Shown here piece after piece: positions 25,993-39,026 of a stretch of DNA of 64,000 nt. The translations under genes and the position numbers were made by a program. The DNA comes from an uncultured Clostridia bacterium (GTDB lineage Bacteria > Bacillota > Clostridia > Oscillospirales > Acutalibacteraceae): assembly GCA_944412495.1 (NCBI GenBank), contig CALYBL010000017.1:87441-151440 (forward strand), written 5' to 3'. The first letter of the stretch is position 1. Each line of letters opens with the position of its first letter. Below the pieces are notes generated by a model, which was not told where the DNA came from, made no database searches, and saw only the letters and a program-made list of their open reading frames with translations.

Positions 25993-28900
25993 ATGGCGAA
26001 TGTTAAACCGGTGCAGTTCGGGGTCACCACGCGTATGAGCTTTTCAAAGATCAAAGAGGTACTGGAAATGCCGTACCTTATTGAGGTGCAGAAGAATTCT
26101 TATGAGTGGTTTTTGAAAGAGGGCCTTAAGGAAGTATTAAAGGATGTATCTGCAATTACCGATTTTACCGGAAATCTTGTATTGGAATTTACCGACTACA
26201 AGCTTGAGGACACTCCTAAATACAGCATAAACGAATGCAAGGAAAGAGACGCCACATATGCAGCGCCGCTCCGCGTTACCGCGCAGCTTCTTAACAAGGA
26301 GACGGGCGAGATAAAGGAAAGCGAGGTCTTCATGGGCGATTTTCCGCTCATGACGGACTCCGGCACGTTTGTGATAAACGGCGCCGAGCGCGTTATAGTT
26401 TCACAGCTTGTGCGCTCCCCCGGCGTTTATTACAGCTATGACATAGACAAGACCGGCAAGCACCTTTACAGCGCGACGGTCATACCCAACCGCGGCGCAT
26501 GGCTTGAATATGAGACTGACCAGAATGATATTTTATATGTTCGTATAGATAAAAACCGCAAGCTGCCGATAACCACGTTCGTTCGTGCACTCGGACTTTC
26601 GTCGAACGAGCAGATAAAGGCCGTGCTCGGCGAGGATGAGAGACTTTCGGCCACGCTTGACAAGGACACCGCCGCCGATACTGAGGAGGCGCTGTCTGAG
26701 GTTTATAAAAAGCTGCGTCCCGGCGAGCCGTTTACGGTGGACGGCGCACAGTCGTATATTGAGGCGCTGTTCTTTGACAGCCGCCGCTATGACATGTCAA
26801 GGGTAGGACGCTATAAGTACAACAAAAAGCTGTCGCTGGCGCCGAGGATAGCCGGCAGAGAGCTTTTGCGCCCCATAGCCGATCCCATGACCGGCGAGAT
26901 AATAGCCGACGCCGGCGAGATACTCACCAAGGAGCGCGCTGAGGAGATAGGAGCCAAGGGTGTTAAGGAAGCGTATATAAAGGTGGTCGACGCCGAGGCC
27001 AACGAGTGCGAGGTAAAGGTAATATCTAACGGCATGGTCTATATAAACGGCTTTATAGATTTTGACGTGACCGATCTCGGAATAAACGAGATGGTCCGCT
27101 TTGACGTGCTCAAGGATATACTCGAAAACAACAAGACGAAGAAGGACATACGGGAGGCCATTGAGCAGAGGCTTGACGAGCTCATGCCCAAATGCATAAC
27201 GCTCGACGACATTTTTGCCACCGTCAACTATCTGCTCGGGCTTGCGCACGACGTGGGCACCACCGACGACATAGACCATTTGGGCAATAGGCGCATACGC
27301 TCGGTCGGCGAGCTGCTGCAGAATCAGTTCAGGATAGGCTTTTCGCGCATGGAGCGCGTAATACGCGAAAAAATGACGCTGCAGGCGCAGGATATGGACA
27401 TCATAACGCCGCAGTCGCTCATAAACATACGTCCGGTGGTCGCCGCCGTGAAGGAGTTTTTCGGCTCGTCGCCGCTGTCGCAGTTCATGGACCAGACAAA
27501 CCCGCTGGCAGAGCTTACGCATAAGCGCCGCCTTTCGGCTCTCGGCCCCGGCGGCCTTTCGAGAGACCGCGCGGGCTTTGAGGTGCGCGACGTCCATTAC
27601 AGCCACTATGGAAGAATGTGTCCTATAGAGACGCCGGAAGGCCCGAACATAGGACTTATAAACTACCTCGCTACCTATGCGAGAATAAATGAATACGGCT
27701 TTATCGAGGCGCCCTTCCGCCGCGTTGACAAGGAAACCGGTGTGGTGCTGGACGAGGTCGAGTACATGACTGCCGACGTAGAGGACGATTACGTTGTGGC
27801 GCAGGCCAACGAGCCGCTCGACGAAAACAACCGCTTTAAGAACCCGAAGGTAAATTCGCGCTTCCGCGACGAGTTTATGGAGGTCGAAAGCTCCGCTGCC
27901 GATTATATGGACGTATCGCCGCGAATGGTCGTATCCGTCGCAACGGCGATGATACCCTTCCTCGAGAATGACGACGCAAACCGTGCGCTGATGGGCTCCA
28001 ACATGCAGAGGCAGGCGGTGCCGCTGATGAAGACCGAAAGTCCGATAGTCGGCACGGGCATGGAGTACAAGATAGCCGTTGACTCTGGTGTTGTCGTGCT
28101 GGCAAAGCGCGACGGCGTCGTGCAGAGGGTCACGGCAAACCACATAGAGATAAAGACCGATTCCGGAGAGGTGGACCATTACCGCCTGACGAAATTCCTG
28201 CGCTCCAACCAGGGCACCTGCATAAACCAGCGTCCTATTGTGGAGTGGGGACAGAGGGTGAAAAAGGGCGACGTCATAGCCGACGGCCCGGCCACCAGCA
28301 ACGGCGAGATAAGCCTTGGCAAGAATGTCCTCATAGGCTTCATGACATGGGAGGGCTATAACTACGAGGACGCCGTGCTTATAAATGAAAAGCTCGTAAA
28401 AGAGGATGTATTCACCTCTATCCATATAGAGGAATACGAGATAGAGGCCAGAGACACAAAGCTCGGCCCGGAGGAGATAACGAGAGATATACCGAACGTC
28501 GGCGAGGATGCTCTTAAGGACCTCGATGAGCGCGGCATCATACGCATAGGCGCTGAGGTGCGTGCCGGCGATATCCTGGTGGGCAAGGTAACGCCTAAGG
28601 GCGAGACGGAGCTCACGGCGGAGGAGCGTTTGCTTCGCGCCATATTCGGTGAAAAGGCGAGAGAGGTCAGGGATACCTCCCTTAAGGTGCCGCACGGCGA
28701 ATACGGCACGGTAGTTGACGTAAAGGTATTCACAAGGGAGAATTCATCTGAGCTCAACCCAGGCGTCAACATGGTCGTTCGCTGCTATATCGCTCAGAAG
28801 AGGAAGATATCTGTCGGTGACAAGATGGCCGGCCGCCACGGAAACAAGGGCGTTGTATCGAGGATACTTCCGGTTGAGGATATGCCGTTTTTACCGGACG

Positions 28901-29733
28901 GCACCCCGCTTGACATAGTGCTCAATCCGCTGGGCGTTCCGTCGCGAATGAACATCGGACAGGTGCTCGAGGTGCATCTCGGCTATGCCGCCAAGGCGCT
29001 CGGCTGGAAGATATGCACGCCGGTCTTTGACGGCGCGCACGAGGCGGACATACGCGAGTGCCTGAAGGAGGCCGGACTGAGGGAGGACGGCAAGTCCTAT
29101 CTCTATGACGGACGCACTGGCGAACGCTTTGACAATCCGGTAACAGTGGGATACATGTACTTCCTCAAGCTGCATCATCTGGTTGACGACAAGATACACG
29201 CACGCTCGACGGGCCCGTACTCGCTCGTTACGCAGCAGCCGCTCGGCGGTAAGGCGCAGTTCGGCGGTCAGAGATTCGGTGAGATGGAAGTCTGGGCGCT
29301 GGAGGCTTACGGCGCTGCATATACCCTGCAGGAGATACTGACGGTAAAATCAGACGACGTGGTCGGACGCGTAAAGACGTACGAGGCCATAGTCAAGGGA
29401 CAGAATGTGCCAAAACCGGGCGTGCCGGAATCGTTCAAGGTGCTTATCAAAGAGCTGCAGTCTCTCGCGCTCGACGTAAGGGTACTTGACAGTGACGGCA
29501 ATGAGATAGACTTAAAGCAGTCGTTTGACGATGACGACGACATCGGACTCAATATACCTGAGGAGCTTTCTCAGAAGGGCGATGACGGCCATATGCACGG
29601 CTTTGCTCTTGAAAATGCTGAGGGCGAGCCTATTGAGGACGAAGAGATAATGGACGACGAAGCAGAATATGCAGAATATGCAGAATATGATGATGCCGCT
29701 GATGACATGCTTACAGACGACGATGCGGAATGA
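25993..29733 (+). CDS. rpoB: DNA-directed RNA polymerase subunit beta
   Basis: 1246 aa. N-terminus ..[28 protein letters not shown].. and conserved blocks throughout (..[15 protein letters not shown].., ..[16 protein letters not shown]..). Confidence 0.97.
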   Translation: MANVKPVQFGVTTRMSFSKIKEVLEMPYLIEVQKNSYEWFLKEGLKEVLKDVSAITDFTGNLVLEFTDYKLEDTPKYSINECKERDATYAAPLRVTAQLLNKETGEIKESEVFMGDFPLMTDSGTFVINGAERVIVSQLVRSPGVYYSYDIDKTGKHLYSATVIPNRGAWLEYETDQNDILYVRIDKNRKLPITTFVRALGLSSNEQIKAVLGEDERLSATLDKDTAADTEEALSEVYKKLRPGEPFTVDGAQSYIEALFFDSRRYDMSRVGRYKYNKKLSLAPRIAGRELLRPIADPMTGEIIADAGEILTKERAEEIGAKGVKEAYIKVVDAEANECEVKVISNGMVYINGFIDFDVTDLGINEMVRFDVLKDILENNKTKKDIREAIEQRLDELMPKCITLDDIFATVNYLLGLAHDVGTTDDIDHLGNRRIRSVGELLQNQFRIGFSRMERVIREKMTLQAQDMDIITPQSLINIRPVVAAVKEFFGSSPLSQFMDQTNPLAELTHKRRLSALGPGGLSRDRAGFEVRDVHYSHYGRMCPIETPEGPNIGLINYLATYARINEYGFIEAPFRRVDKETGVVLDEVEYMTADVEDDYVVAQANEPLDENNRFKNPKVNSRFRDEFMEVESSAADYMDVSPRMVVSVATAMIPFLENDDANRALMGSNMQRQAVPLMKTESPIVGTGMEYKIAVDSGVVVLAKRDGVVQRVTANHIEIKTDSGEVDHYRLTKFLRSNQGTCINQRPIVEWGQRVKKGDVIADGPATSNGEISLGKNVLIGFMTWEGYNYEDAVLINEKLVKEDVFTSIHIEEYEIEARDTKLGPEEITRDIPNVGEDALKDLDERGIIRIGAEVRAGDILVGKVTPKGETELTAEERLLRAIFGEKAREVRDTSLKVPHGEYGTVVDVKVFTRENSSELNPGVNMVVRCYIAQKRKISVGDKMAGRHGNKGVVSRILPVEDMPFLPDGTPLDIVLNPLGVPSRMNIGQVLEVHLGYAAKALGWKICTPVFDGAHEADIRECLKEAGLREDGKSYLYDGRTGERFDNPVTVGYMYFLKLHHLVDDKIHARSTGPYSLVTQQPLGGKAQFGGQRFGEMEVWALEAYGAAYTLQEILTVKSDDVVGRVKTYEAIVKGQNVPKPGVPESFKVLIKELQSLALDVRVLDSDGNEIDLKQSFDDDDDIGLNIPEELSQKGDDGHMHGFALENAEGEPIEDEEIMDDEAEYAEYAEYDDAADDMLTDDDAE

Positions 29734-29778
29734 TTGATTTAACCGAAGGCTTTTAATAAGACGGAAAGAAGGTCAAAA

Positions 29779-32700
29779 ATGGAATTTCATGAGTTTGAAT
29801 CTATTAAAATAGGTCTTGCGTCGCCTGAGCAGATAAGAAGCTGGTCACACGGCGAGGTAAAGAAGCCGGAAACCATAAATTACCGCACACTCAAGCCGGA
29901 GCGCGACGGCCTTTTCTGCGAGCGCATTTTCGGCCCTACAAAGGACTGGGAATGCCACTGCGGGAAATATAAGAGGATAAGATACAAGGGCAAGATATGC
30001 GACCGCTGCGGCGTTGAGGTCACGCGCGCAAAGGTCCGCCGTGAGAGGATGGGAAGCATTGAGCTGGCGGCGCCTGTGTCACATATATGGTATTACAAAA
30101 CCATCCCGTCGAGAATGGGACTCATGCTTGATTTATCGCCGCGTCTTTTGGAGCAGGTGCTCTATTTCTCGCAGTATATAGTCATAGACCCGAAGGATAC
30201 GCCGCTGGTAAAGAAGCAGCTGCTCAATGAGAAGCAGTACCGCGACATGCGCGAAAAGTACGAGGACGATTTCGAGGCCGGCATGGGCGCTGAAGCAATA
30301 AAGAAGCTACTTGAGGAAATAGACCTCGACAAGCTGAGCGACGAGCTCAAGGAGGAGCTGGAAACCGCCACCGGTCAGAAGCGCATACGCATACTTAAGA
30401 GACTGGAGGTCGTCGAGGCTTTCCGCCTTTCGGGCAACCGTCCGGAATGGATGATACTTGACGTCATACCGGTAATTCCGCCGGATATACGCCCGATGGT
30501 ACAGCTTGACGGCGGACGCTTCGCAACGTCCGACCTCAATGACCTGTACCGCAGAGTCATAAACCGCAACAACCGTCTTAAGAGACTTTTGGAGCTCGGC
30601 GCGCCGGACATCATAGTCCGCAACGAAAAGCGCATGCTTCAGGAGGCAGTGGATGCCCTGATAGACAACGGCCGCCGCGGCCGCGCCGTGACGGGTCCAA
30701 ACAACCGTCCGCTCAAGTCACTGTCTGATATGCTAAAGGGCAAGCAGGGCCGCTTTCGTCAGAACCTGCTCGGCAAGCGCGTCGACTACTCCGGACGTTC
30801 GGTTATAGTCGTAGGGCCTGAGCTCAAGATATATCAGTGCGGCCTGCCGAAGGAAATGGCGCTGGAGCTGTTCAAGCCGTTTGTCATGAAGCGCCTTGTC
30901 GAGACGGGCGCCGCGGGCAACATAAAATCCGCAAGAAAAATGGTCGAGCGCGCACGCACTGAGGTGTGGGACGCACTCGAAATAGTCATAAAGGATCATC
31001 CGGTGCTGCTCAACCGCGCTCCTACGCTGCACAGGCTCGGCATACAGGCGTTTGAGCCGGTACTGGTAGAGGGACGCGCGTTAAAGCTGCATCCGCTGGT
31101 ATGTACCGCATACAACGCCGACTTCGACGGCGACCAGATGGCGGTGCACGTACCGCTGTCGGCTGAGGCGCAGGCTGAGGCGCGGCTGCTCATGCTGTCG
31201 GCCAACAACCTGCTCAAGCCGTCGGACGGAAAGCCGGTAACGGTGCCTACTCAGGACATGGTGCTGGGCTCATATTACCTCACTCTTATAGACGAAAACG
31301 AGCCGGGTACCGGAAAGGTATTCAAGGACAAGGACGAGGCTATAATGGCGTACCAGGAGGGTGCTGTGGGACTGCATGCTCCCATAAGGGTACGCGTCTT
31401 CGGCGAGAAAAACGGCGAGCCGATATCGAGGATAATAGACGCCACCGTCGGCTTTATACTGTTTAACGAATCGATACCCGACGGACTCGGCTATGTCGAC
31501 CGCAGCGTCGAGGGCCACGAGCTTGACCTTGAGATCGGCCTTTATGTCGGCGAGGGTGAAAAGCGCCGTACAAACAAGATAGGCAAAAAGCAGCTCGGTG
31601 ATATAATCGACCGCTGCATAAAGAGGTACGGCACTACTAAGACCTCAGAAATGCTTGACAAGATAAAGGCGACGGGCTTTAAATACTCCACCCGCAGCGC
31701 CGTTACGATAGCTGTTTCCGACGCGGTCATACCGCCGGCAAAGGCAGAGCTTATAGCGCAGGCAGAGAAGAACATCGACCGCATAACGAGAGACTACCGC
31801 CGCGGCCTTATAAACAATGATGAGCGCCGCCGTCTCGTAATAGAGCAGTGGGAGGAAACGACAAATCTTGTCGCCGACGCCCTTAAGGGCAACCTTGCCG
31901 AGTTCAACCCGATAAACATGATGGTCGACTCCGGCGCCCGCGGCTCTTCGAGCCAGATAAGGCAGCTCGCCGGCATGCGCGGACTTATAGCTGATACGTC
32001 GGGCCGTACGATAGAGATACCGATACGCGCAAACTACCGCGAAGGACTTAACGTACTTGAATACTTCATATCCTCCCGCGGCGCACGTAAGGGACTGGCC
32101 GACACCGCTATAAGGACGGCTGACTCGGGATATCTTACAAGAAGGCTTGTCGATGTTGCGCAGGACGTTATCGTAAGAGAGGACGACTGCGGCACTGACG
32201 CCGGCATTTATGTGTCCGACGTGCTCAGCGACGGACAGGTGATAGAGCCGATGGAGGAGCGTCTGGTCGGACGCTATCTCATTGACCCGGCCATAGACCC
32301 GGCGACGGGCGAGGTCATCTGCGATACTGACACGATGATAACCGACGATATAGCCAAGAGGATAAGGGCTGCCGGCATAGACCGCATACAGATTCGCTCG
32401 ATACTCAACTGCCATACAAAGCACGGCGTCTGCAAGAAGTGCTACGGCGCAAACCTTGCGACGGGCGAGGCGGTAGTCGTAGGCGAGGCCGTCGGAACGA
32501 TAGCCGCTCAGTCCATAGGCGAGCCGGGCACGCAGCTTACGATGCGTACCTTCCACACGGGCGGTATAGCCAGTGCGGAAGATATCACACAGGGTCTCCC
32601 GCGTATACAGGAGCTGTTTGAGGCACGCAAGCCGAAGCGCGCGGCCTTTATAAGCGAGATAGACGGTACCGTGCGTATTCAGGAGGTCAAGAAGAACCGC

Positions 32701-33384
32701 GAGATCGTGGTGACCGACGCAGAAAACGCCGATGAGAGGAAATACACCATACCTTACGGTTACCGCATAATTGTAAGCGACGGTGACGTTATCAAAAAGG
32801 GCGATTCCCTTACAGAGGGTGCAATAAACCCGATGGACATACTCGCGGTCAACGGTACGGAGGCAGTGCAGAACTACATCATTGCTCAGGTGCAGAGCGT
32901 TTACCGCCTGCATGGTGTTGATATCAACGACAAGCACACAGAGGTCATAATCCATCAGATGATGCGCAAGGTCAAGATAGAGGAGCAGGGAGCGTCGGAG
33001 TTTTTGCCTGGCTCGCTTGTTGACAGGACCGAGGTCATTGCCGAAAACGAGAAGATAAAGCAGAGAATGAGGGACGAGGGTATAGAGCTTGAGCTTGTGA
33101 CCTATCAGCCGACGCTGCTCGGCATCACAAAGGCATCGCTCGCAACGGAGTCATTCCTGTCTGCTGCATCGTTCCAGGAGACGACGCGTGTGCTCACCGA
33201 CGCCGCCATAAAGGGCAAGGTCGACTCACTGTTCGGACTCAAGGAAAATGTTATAATCGGCAAGCTCATTCCGGCCGGCACCGGCATGAAAGGCTATGAC
33301 GACCACAAGGATGAGCCGCTTATAGAAGAGGAGCCGTTTAATCCCGCTATAGAGGAAGACGAGATAACCTATGTCGCGGAATAA
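29779..33384 (+). CDS. rpoC: DNA-directed RNA polymerase subunit beta prime
   Basis: 1201 aa. Zn-binding [14 protein letters not shown], catalytic [12 protein letters not shown], and trigger-loop/bridge-helix blocks. Confidence 0.97.
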   Translation: MEFHEFESIKIGLASPEQIRSWSHGEVKKPETINYRTLKPERDGLFCERIFGPTKDWECHCGKYKRIRYKGKICDRCGVEVTRAKVRRERMGSIELAAPVSHIWYYKTIPSRMGLMLDLSPRLLEQVLYFSQYIVIDPKDTPLVKKQLLNEKQYRDMREKYEDDFEAGMGAEAIKKLLEEIDLDKLSDELKEELETATGQKRIRILKRLEVVEAFRLSGNRPEWMILDVIPVIPPDIRPMVQLDGGRFATSDLNDLYRRVINRNNRLKRLLELGAPDIIVRNEKRMLQEAVDALIDNGRRGRAVTGPNNRPLKSLSDMLKGKQGRFRQNLLGKRVDYSGRSVIVVGPELKIYQCGLPKEMALELFKPFVMKRLVETGAAGNIKSARKMVERARTEVWDALEIVIKDHPVLLNRAPTLHRLGIQAFEPVLVEGRALKLHPLVCTAYNADFDGDQMAVHVPLSAEAQAEARLLMLSANNLLKPSDGKPVTVPTQDMVLGSYYLTLIDENEPGTGKVFKDKDEAIMAYQEGAVGLHAPIRVRVFGEKNGEPISRIIDATVGFILFNESIPDGLGYVDRSVEGHELDLEIGLYVGEGEKRRTNKIGKKQLGDIIDRCIKRYGTTKTSEMLDKIKATGFKYSTRSAVTIAVSDAVIPPAKAELIAQAEKNIDRITRDYRRGLINNDERRRLVIEQWEETTNLVADALKGNLAEFNPINMMVDSGARGSSSQIRQLAGMRGLIADTSGRTIEIPIRANYREGLNVLEYFISSRGARKGLADTAIRTADSGYLTRRLVDVAQDVIVREDDCGTDAGIYVSDVLSDGQVIEPMEERLVGRYLIDPAIDPATGEVICDTDTMITDDIAKRIRAAGIDRIQIRSILNCHTKHGVCKKCYGANLATGEAVVVGEAVGTIAAQSIGEPGTQLTMRTFHTGGIASAEDITQGLPRIQELFEARKPKRAAFISEIDGTVRIQEVKKNREIVVTDAENADERKYTIPYGYRIIVSDGDVIKKGDSLTEGAINPMDILAVNGTEAVQNYIIAQVQSVYRLHGVDINDKHTEVIIHQMMRKVKIEEQGASEFLPGSLVDRTEVIAENEKIKQRMRDEGIELELVTYQPTLLGITKASLATESFLSAASFQETTRVLTDAAIKGKVDSLFGLKENVIIGKLIPAGTGMKGYDDHKDEPLIEEEPFNPAIEEDEITYVAE

Positions 33385-33414
33385 ACGCGTTTAGGCGCAA
33401 AGCTGTAATATAGG

Positions 33415-33455
33415 CACAGCTCACGATGCGAGGCTTTATCGTATCGTGAGCTGTG
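33415..33455 (+). terminator. Hairpin after rpoC (weak terminator)
   Basis: 13-bp stem CACAGCTCACGAT/ATCGTGAGCTGTG with a poor T-run. Confidence 0.45.
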
Positions 33456-33614
33456 TTGCATACACACACCCTAAGGTCTGTCTTACGATGCGTATTGGGA
33501 GTAAGCGCTTATAATGCTGTGCAAATCAGCTCTGTGCAATTTGATGAAAAAGCTCACAAACGGCGTTTTAGCAAAAATTTTACCTGTAATATACACGTAA
33601 AAGCCATATATCTC

Positions 33615-33642
33615 TTGACAAAATCATGTTTTTGGGTATATT
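33615..33642 (+). promoter_or_regulatory. Candidate promoter of rpsL-rpsG-fusA-tuf (TTGACA-16-TATATT)
   Basis: -35 at 33615-33620 and -10 at 33637-33642. Confidence 0.5.
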
Positions 33643-33725
33643 ATTAATATCGTGTGGGCGTATGCCCAAGCCTTAGGTGAAAACGGGCGACCGTTTATCA
33701 TAAATATTTTTTGAGGAGGTGTAAT

Positions 33726-34142
33726 ATGCCGACCTTTAATCAGTTAGTGCGTAGAGGCAGAGAGGTCAACGTCAGGAAGTACAAGACGCCGGCTCTGCAG
33801 AAAGGCTTTAACTCACAGAAGCGCGAATACAGCGATAAGAACTCGCCGCAGAAGCGCGGTGTGTGCACGGTTGTTAAGACCATGACTCCCAAGAAGCCGA
33901 ATTCTGCAATGAGAAAGGTGGCCAGGGTACGTCTTTCGAACGGTATAGAGGTAACCGCTTATATACCGGGAGTAGGCCATAATCTGCAGGAACACAGCGT
34001 TGTTTTGGTACGCGGCGGACGTGTCAGGGACCTGCCTGGTACACGTTACCACATAATCCGCGGAACGCTGGATGCACAGGGTGTATCCGGAAGGATGCAG
34101 GGCCGCTCGAAGTACGGCGCAAAGCGCCCGAAGGCCAAATAG
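33726..34142 (+). CDS. rpsL: 30S ribosomal protein S12
   Basis: [12 protein letters not shown]...[15 protein letters not shown]... Confidence 0.95.
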   Translation: MPTFNQLVRRGREVNVRKYKTPALQKGFNSQKREYSDKNSPQKRGVCTVVKTMTPKKPNSAMRKVARVRLSNGIEVTAYIPGVGHNLQEHSVVLVRGGRVRDLPGTRYHIIRGTLDAQGVSGRMQGRSKYGAKRPKAK

Positions 34143-34266
34143 TTAAAGAGACTTTCCTACTGTTTGCTTATACAGTGGTTTATTATAAAAGACCTCTGTA
34201 TCGGCACAAACGGGACATTTCTCGAGTACCTATGATATCATTTAAATTATGAAGGAGGGAAGCGAA

Positions 34267-34737
34267 GTGCCAAGAAGAGGTAAGATTTCAAAACGCGATG
34301 TTTTGCCTGATCCTATATACAATTCAAAGATGGTTACACGTCTGATAAACAACGTCATGTACGACGGCAAGAGAGGCGTTGCCCAGAAGATTGTATACGG
34401 CGCATTCGAAATAATCCAGGAAAAAACCGGTAAAGAACCGCTTGAGGCTTTTGAGGAAGCAATGGAGAATGTAATGCCGCAGCTCGAAGTAAAAGCACGC
34501 AGAGTCGGCGGCTCGACCTATCAGGTCCCTATGGAGGTACGCCCCGAAAGGCGTCAGACGCTGGGACTCAGGTGGCTCACGAATTACAGCAGGACACGCT
34601 CTGAGAGAACAATGAAGGAGCGTCTTGCCGGCGAGATAATGGACGCTATAAACGGCACCGGCGGTGCTGTTAAGAAGCGCGAGGACATGCACAAGATGGC
34701 AGAGGCCAACAGGGCGTTTGCACATTATCGCTGGTAA
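34267..34737 (+). CDS. rpsG: 30S ribosomal protein S7
   Basis: GTG start follows GAAGGAGGG. (M)[27 protein letters not shown]... Confidence 0.93.
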   Translation: MPRRGKISKRDVLPDPIYNSKMVTRLINNVMYDGKRGVAQKIVYGAFEIIQEKTGKEPLEAFEEAMENVMPQLEVKARRVGGSTYQVPMEVRPERRQTLGLRWLTNYSRTRSERTMKERLAGEIMDAINGTGGAVKKREDMHKMAEANRAFAHYRW

Positions 34738-34772
34738 TTATTTATTTTCAGAAGTTATGAAGGAGGACAATT

Positions 34773-36854
34773 ATGCCGAGGGAAGTTAGCCTCGAAATGA
34801 CCAGGAATATTGGCATAATGGCCCACATCGACGCCGGAAAAACTACCACGACTGAGCGTATACTTTTCTACACTGGTGTTACACACAAGATGGGTGAAAC
34901 TCACGAGGGTGCGGCAACGATGGACTGGATGGAGCAGGAGCAGGAAAGAGGCATAACCATAACCTCTGCTGCGACCACCTGCTTCTGGAAGGGTCACCGC
35001 ATCAATATAATAGATACTCCCGGTCACGTAGACTTCACGGTTGAGGTTGAGAGATCGCTCCGCGTGCTTGACGGTTCAGTTACCGTTTTCTGCGCGAAGG
35101 GCGGCGTTGAGCCTCAGTCGGAGACAGTGTGGCGCCAGGCGGACAAATACAAGGTGCCGCGCATGGCATATATCAATAAGATGGACATAATGGGTGCGGA
35201 TTTCTACCGCGTCGTGGATATGATGCATGACCGTCTTAAGTGCAATGCCGTGCCGATACAGCTGCCGATAGGGTCTGAAGACACATTTAAGGGTATAATA
35301 GACCTGGTGGAAATGAAAGCGTATGTATATTACGATGACCTCGGAAAGGATATACGCGTAGAAGAAATACCAGATGACATGAAGGAACAGGCAGAGGAAT
35401 ATCATCAGAAGCTGCTTGAGGCAGTTGCCGAGCAGGACGACGCCCTGCTTGAAAAATATCTTGAGGGCGAAAAGCTCACCGAGCAGGAGATAAAGACCTG
35501 CATACGCAAGGCGACGATAGCAAACCATATGGTTCCGGTCACCTGCGGTACATCATACCGCAACAAGGGCGTGCAGAAGCTTATCGACGCTATTGTCGAC
35601 TACATGCCGGCTCCGGTAGACGTTCCGTCGATAAAGGGTGTAAATCCCGACACCGGTGAGGAGCTTGAGCGTCATCCGAGCGACAGTGAGCCATTCTCGG
35701 CGCTTGCCTTTAAGATAGCGGCTGACCCGTTTGTCGGAAAGCTGTGCTTCTTCCGCGTTTACTCGGGCTCTGTCAAGGCGGGCTCCACCGTGTACAACGC
35801 CACCAAGGACAATAACGAGAGAATGGGACGCATACTTCAGATGCACGCCAATCACAGGCGCGACCTTGAGGAATGCTATGCCGGCGATATAGCCGCTGCG
35901 GTCGGCCTTAAGCAGACCACAACAGGCGACACGCTGTGCGACCCGAAATCTCCGGTCATACTTGAGTCGATGGAATTCCCCGAGCCTGTTATCCGAGTGG
36001 CCATTGAGCCGAAGACGAAGGCTGGACAGGAGAAGATGGGCATAGCCCTCTCGAAGCTTGCCGAGGAGGACCCGACCTTTAAGTGCTACACCGATGAAGA
36101 AACCGGACAGACCATAATAGCCGGTATGGGCGAGCTCCACCTTGAGATTATAGTTGACCGCCTGCTCCGTGAATTCAAGGTCGAGGCTAATGTCGGCAAG
36201 CCGCAGGTTGCGTATAAGGAAACGATACGCAAGGCGGCGGACGTTGACCACAAATACGCCCGTCAGTCCGGCGGTAAGGGACAGTACGGCCATGTCAAAA
36301 TTATTGCCGAGCCCAACGAACCCGGCAAGGGCTACGAGTTTATCAACAAGATTGTCGGCGGCGCCATTCCGAAGGAATATATTCCGGCTGTCGACGCCGG
36401 TATACAGGGCGCCATGCAGTCCGGAGTGCTTGCAGGCTACAACGTCGTTGACGTAAAGGTCACGCTGTACGACGGCTCATATCATGAGGTTGACTCGTCG
36501 GAGATGGCCTTTAAAATAGCCGGCTCCATGGCTTTTAAAGAGGCAATGAGGAAGGGCGACCCGGTACTGCTTGAGCCTATAATGAAGGTTGTCGTGACGA
36601 CTCCTGAGGAGTATACAGGCGATGTTATAGGCGACCTCAACTCACGCCGCGGCATGATACAGGGCATGGACGCAATGTCGTCCGGCACACAGGTAACGGC
36701 TGAGGTACCGCTGTCCGAGATGTTCGGCTATGCTACTACGCTGCGTTCCAAGACGCAGGGACGCGGCAACTATGTAATGGAGCCGAGCCATTACGCCGAG
36801 GTTCCGAAGTCTGTTGCAGAGCAGATAATAAGTTCAAGGTCAAAAGGCGAGTAA
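34773..36854 (+). CDS. fusA: Elongation factor G
   Basis: 693 aa. [28 protein letters not shown]. Confidence 0.97.
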   Translation: MPREVSLEMTRNIGIMAHIDAGKTTTTERILFYTGVTHKMGETHEGAATMDWMEQEQERGITITSAATTCFWKGHRINIIDTPGHVDFTVEVERSLRVLDGSVTVFCAKGGVEPQSETVWRQADKYKVPRMAYINKMDIMGADFYRVVDMMHDRLKCNAVPIQLPIGSEDTFKGIIDLVEMKAYVYYDDLGKDIRVEEIPDDMKEQAEEYHQKLLEAVAEQDDALLEKYLEGEKLTEQEIKTCIRKATIANHMVPVTCGTSYRNKGVQKLIDAIVDYMPAPVDVPSIKGVNPDTGEELERHPSDSEPFSALAFKIAADPFVGKLCFFRVYSGSVKAGSTVYNATKDNNERMGRILQMHANHRRDLEECYAGDIAAAVGLKQTTTGDTLCDPKSPVILESMEFPEPVIRVAIEPKTKAGQEKMGIALSKLAEEDPTFKCYTDEETGQTIIAGMGELHLEIIVDRLLREFKVEANVGKPQVAYKETIRKAADVDHKYARQSGGKGQYGHVKIIAEPNEPGKGYEFINKIVGGAIPKEYIPAVDAGIQGAMQSGVLAGYNVVDVKVTLYDGSYHEVDSSEMAFKIAGSMAFKEAMRKGDPVLLEPIMKVVVTTPEEYTGDVIGDLNSRRGMIQGMDAMSSGTQVTAEVPLSEMFGYATTLRSKTQGRGNYVMEPSHYAEVPKSVAEQIISSRSKGE

Positions 36855-36958
36855 TTGCTTAAAATACTTGCATTTTTGGAAATAAGTTGATACAATAGCT
36901 AATAAACAAAGGCTATAATAAAAAATATTTTTATTTGTCTAAAGGAGGATAACATTAA

Positions 36959-38161
36959 ATGGCTAAGGCACATTTTGAAAGAAACAAACCTCACGTAAAT
37001 GTTGGTACAATCGGTCACGTTGACCATGGTAAGACAACTCTTACCGCTGCAATAACAAAGGTTTTGGCTATGAAGAACGGCGCCGAGTTTATGGCTTATG
37101 ACCAGATAGACAAGGCTCCGGAGGAGAGGGAGCGCGGAATAACGATAAACTCCGCTCACGTTGAGTATGAGACAGACAACCGTCACTATGCTCACGTTGA
37201 CTGCCCCGGCCACGCCGACTATGTAAAGAACATGATAACCGGTGCTGCTCAGATGGACGGTGCTATACTGGTTGTATCCGCTGCCGACGGCCCGATGCCT
37301 CAGACTCGTGAGCACATTCTGCTTGCCCGTCAGGTTGGTGTTCCTTATATAGTTGTTTTCATGAACAAGTGCGACCAGGTCGACGATCCTGAGCTGCTCG
37401 AGCTCGTTGAGATGGAAATCCGCGAGATGCTTTCAGAGTATGACTTCCCGGGCGACGAGATTCCTATAATAAAGGGCTCTGCTCTTAAGGCTCTTGAGAG
37501 CACAAGCACCGATCCCAATGCTGAGGAGTATAAGTGCATACTTGAGCTTATGGATGCTGTTGACAAGTTCATCCCGACTCCTGACCGCAAGGCGGATCAG
37601 CCCTTCCTTATGCCTGTTGAGGACGTATTCACCATTACCGGACGCGGCACCGTTGCAACCGGTAGGGTTGAGCGCGGCCAGCTCAAGAACGGCGAGGAAG
37701 TTGAGATAGTCGGCCTTACCGACGAGCGCAAAAAGGTTGTTGTAACCGGCATAGAGATGTTCCGTAAGATTCTTGACTATGCTGAGGCGGGCGACAACAT
37801 AGGCGCTTTGCTCCGCGGCGTACAGCGCAATGAAATAGAGCGCGGCCAGGTTCTTGCAAAGCCCGGCACCATCAATCCTCACACAAAGTTCCGCGGCCAG
37901 GTTTATGTTCTGACCAAGGATGAGGGTGGACGTCATACTCCGTTCTTCAACAACTATCGTCCGCAGTTCTATTTCCGTACGACCGACGTTACCGGCGTTA
38001 TCACACTGCCGGAGGGCACAGAGATGTGCATGCCTGGCGATAATGTAGAGATGGATGTTGAGCTTATCACACCTATCGCTATTGAGGCCGGACTCCGCTT
38101 CGCTATCCGTGAGGGCGGACGCACAGTCGGTTCAGGTGTTGTTTCTGCTATAGAAGGCTAA
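36959..38161 (+). CDS. tuf: Elongation factor Tu
   Basis: 400 aa. [30 protein letters not shown]. Confidence 0.97.
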   Translation: MAKAHFERNKPHVNVGTIGHVDHGKTTLTAAITKVLAMKNGAEFMAYDQIDKAPEERERGITINSAHVEYETDNRHYAHVDCPGHADYVKNMITGAAQMDGAILVVSAADGPMPQTREHILLARQVGVPYIVVFMNKCDQVDDPELLELVEMEIREMLSEYDFPGDEIPIIKGSALKALESTSTDPNAEEYKCILELMDAVDKFIPTPDRKADQPFLMPVEDVFTITGRGTVATGRVERGQLKNGEEVEIVGLTDERKKVVVTGIEMFRKILDYAEAGDNIGALLRGVQRNEIERGQVLAKPGTINPHTKFRGQVYVLTKDEGGRHTPFFNNYRPQFYFRTTDVTGVITLPEGTEMCMPGDNVEMDVELITPIAIEAGLRFAIREGGRTVGSGVVSAIEG

Positions 38162-38181
38162 TTAAAAAATAAAGCAGTTAA

Positions 38182-38210
38182 GCGGCAGGATAGCTCCTGC
38201 CGCTTTCTTT
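38182..38210 (+). terminator. Intrinsic terminator after tuf
   Basis: GCGGCAGG-ATAGCT-CCTGCCGC followed by TTTCTTT. Confidence 0.75.
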
Positions 38211-38308
38211 ATATTGACAAGACAAGTATTTTGGCATATAAAAGCTATTATTTAAAGCTATGCTATATAATAAGATGCTGTTTTAGAAGCTTACAGAGGT
38301 AAAGCTAT

Positions 38309-38908
38309 ATGCTGCTTGAAAATACTCCAACGCTCGAAACTAAAAGGCTTATATTAAGAAAATTTTCTCTCAGCGATATATCAGATATGCTGATGCTTTA
38401 CGGCGATGAGGAGGTTAATACATTCCTCCCATGGCTTCCGATGAAGACAGAAAAAGAAATATCCGATTATCTAAACCATGTAATTTTCCCGTGTTATGAA
38501 AGAAGTATCGCATACAACTATGCAGTAACAACGAAAACAAGCGGGCGTGTGATAGGCTATGTTCATATTAACGATATAGGAGGCGCCAATGATATAGGCT
38601 ATGCGCTCTGCAGAGAGTTTTGGCACCAGGGAATTGCCTTTGAGGCTTGTTCTGCCGTAATTGACAGACTGCGTGCAGCGGACTGGCAATTTATTACGGC
38701 AACACACGACATAAATAATCTAAGCAGCGGTGCGGTGATGAGAAAGCTCGGCATGACATATCGATATTCTTACAAAGAGCAGTGGCAGCCAAAGAATATA
38801 ATGGTAACCTTCAGAATGTATCAGCTTGACCTTGACGGAACAGAACGGACGTTTAATGGGTATAAGTCTAAATATCCACACTTTGTAGAGAAAATTGTGC
38901 AAGCATAA
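38309..38908 (+). CDS. GNAT-family N-acetyltransferase (RimJ/RimL-like)
   Basis: 199 aa. LETKRLILRKFSLSD... and YALCREFWHQGIAFEA.. acetyl-CoA-binding region. Confidence 0.75.
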   Translation: MLLENTPTLETKRLILRKFSLSDISDMLMLYGDEEVNTFLPWLPMKTEKEISDYLNHVIFPCYERSIAYNYAVTTKTSGRVIGYVHINDIGGANDIGYALCREFWHQGIAFEACSAVIDRLRAADWQFITATHDINNLSSGAVMRKLGMTYRYSYKEQWQPKNIMVTFRMYQLDLDGTERTFNGYKSKYPHFVEKIVQA

Positions 38909-39026
38909 TTTTTCTAAGTCTGTAAAATTGGAGAATACTATAATTCTTGATAAATTAAGGGTTACGTGTTATCATTTAACTGTATCAGCAGTGCCTAAAT
39001 ACGATACTGGGAATAGAGGATTTTAA

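Noticed and set aside
26797-28695. Very long antisense ORFs inside conserved genes. Examples: 632 aa opposite rpoB, 31645-32955 opposite rpoC, 46436-47476 and 46597-47640 opposite hydB, 51351-52361 opposite metK, 40746-41573 opposite adh, 18752-19684 opposite the kinase gene, and 21669-22382/22725-23468 opposite the alpha-galactosidase gene.
   Set aside because: They lie antisense to strongly conserved genes in GC-rich DNA, where stop codons are rare. They are Arg/Ala/Leu/His-rich with no motifs or RBS. This is a typical shadow-ORF artefact.
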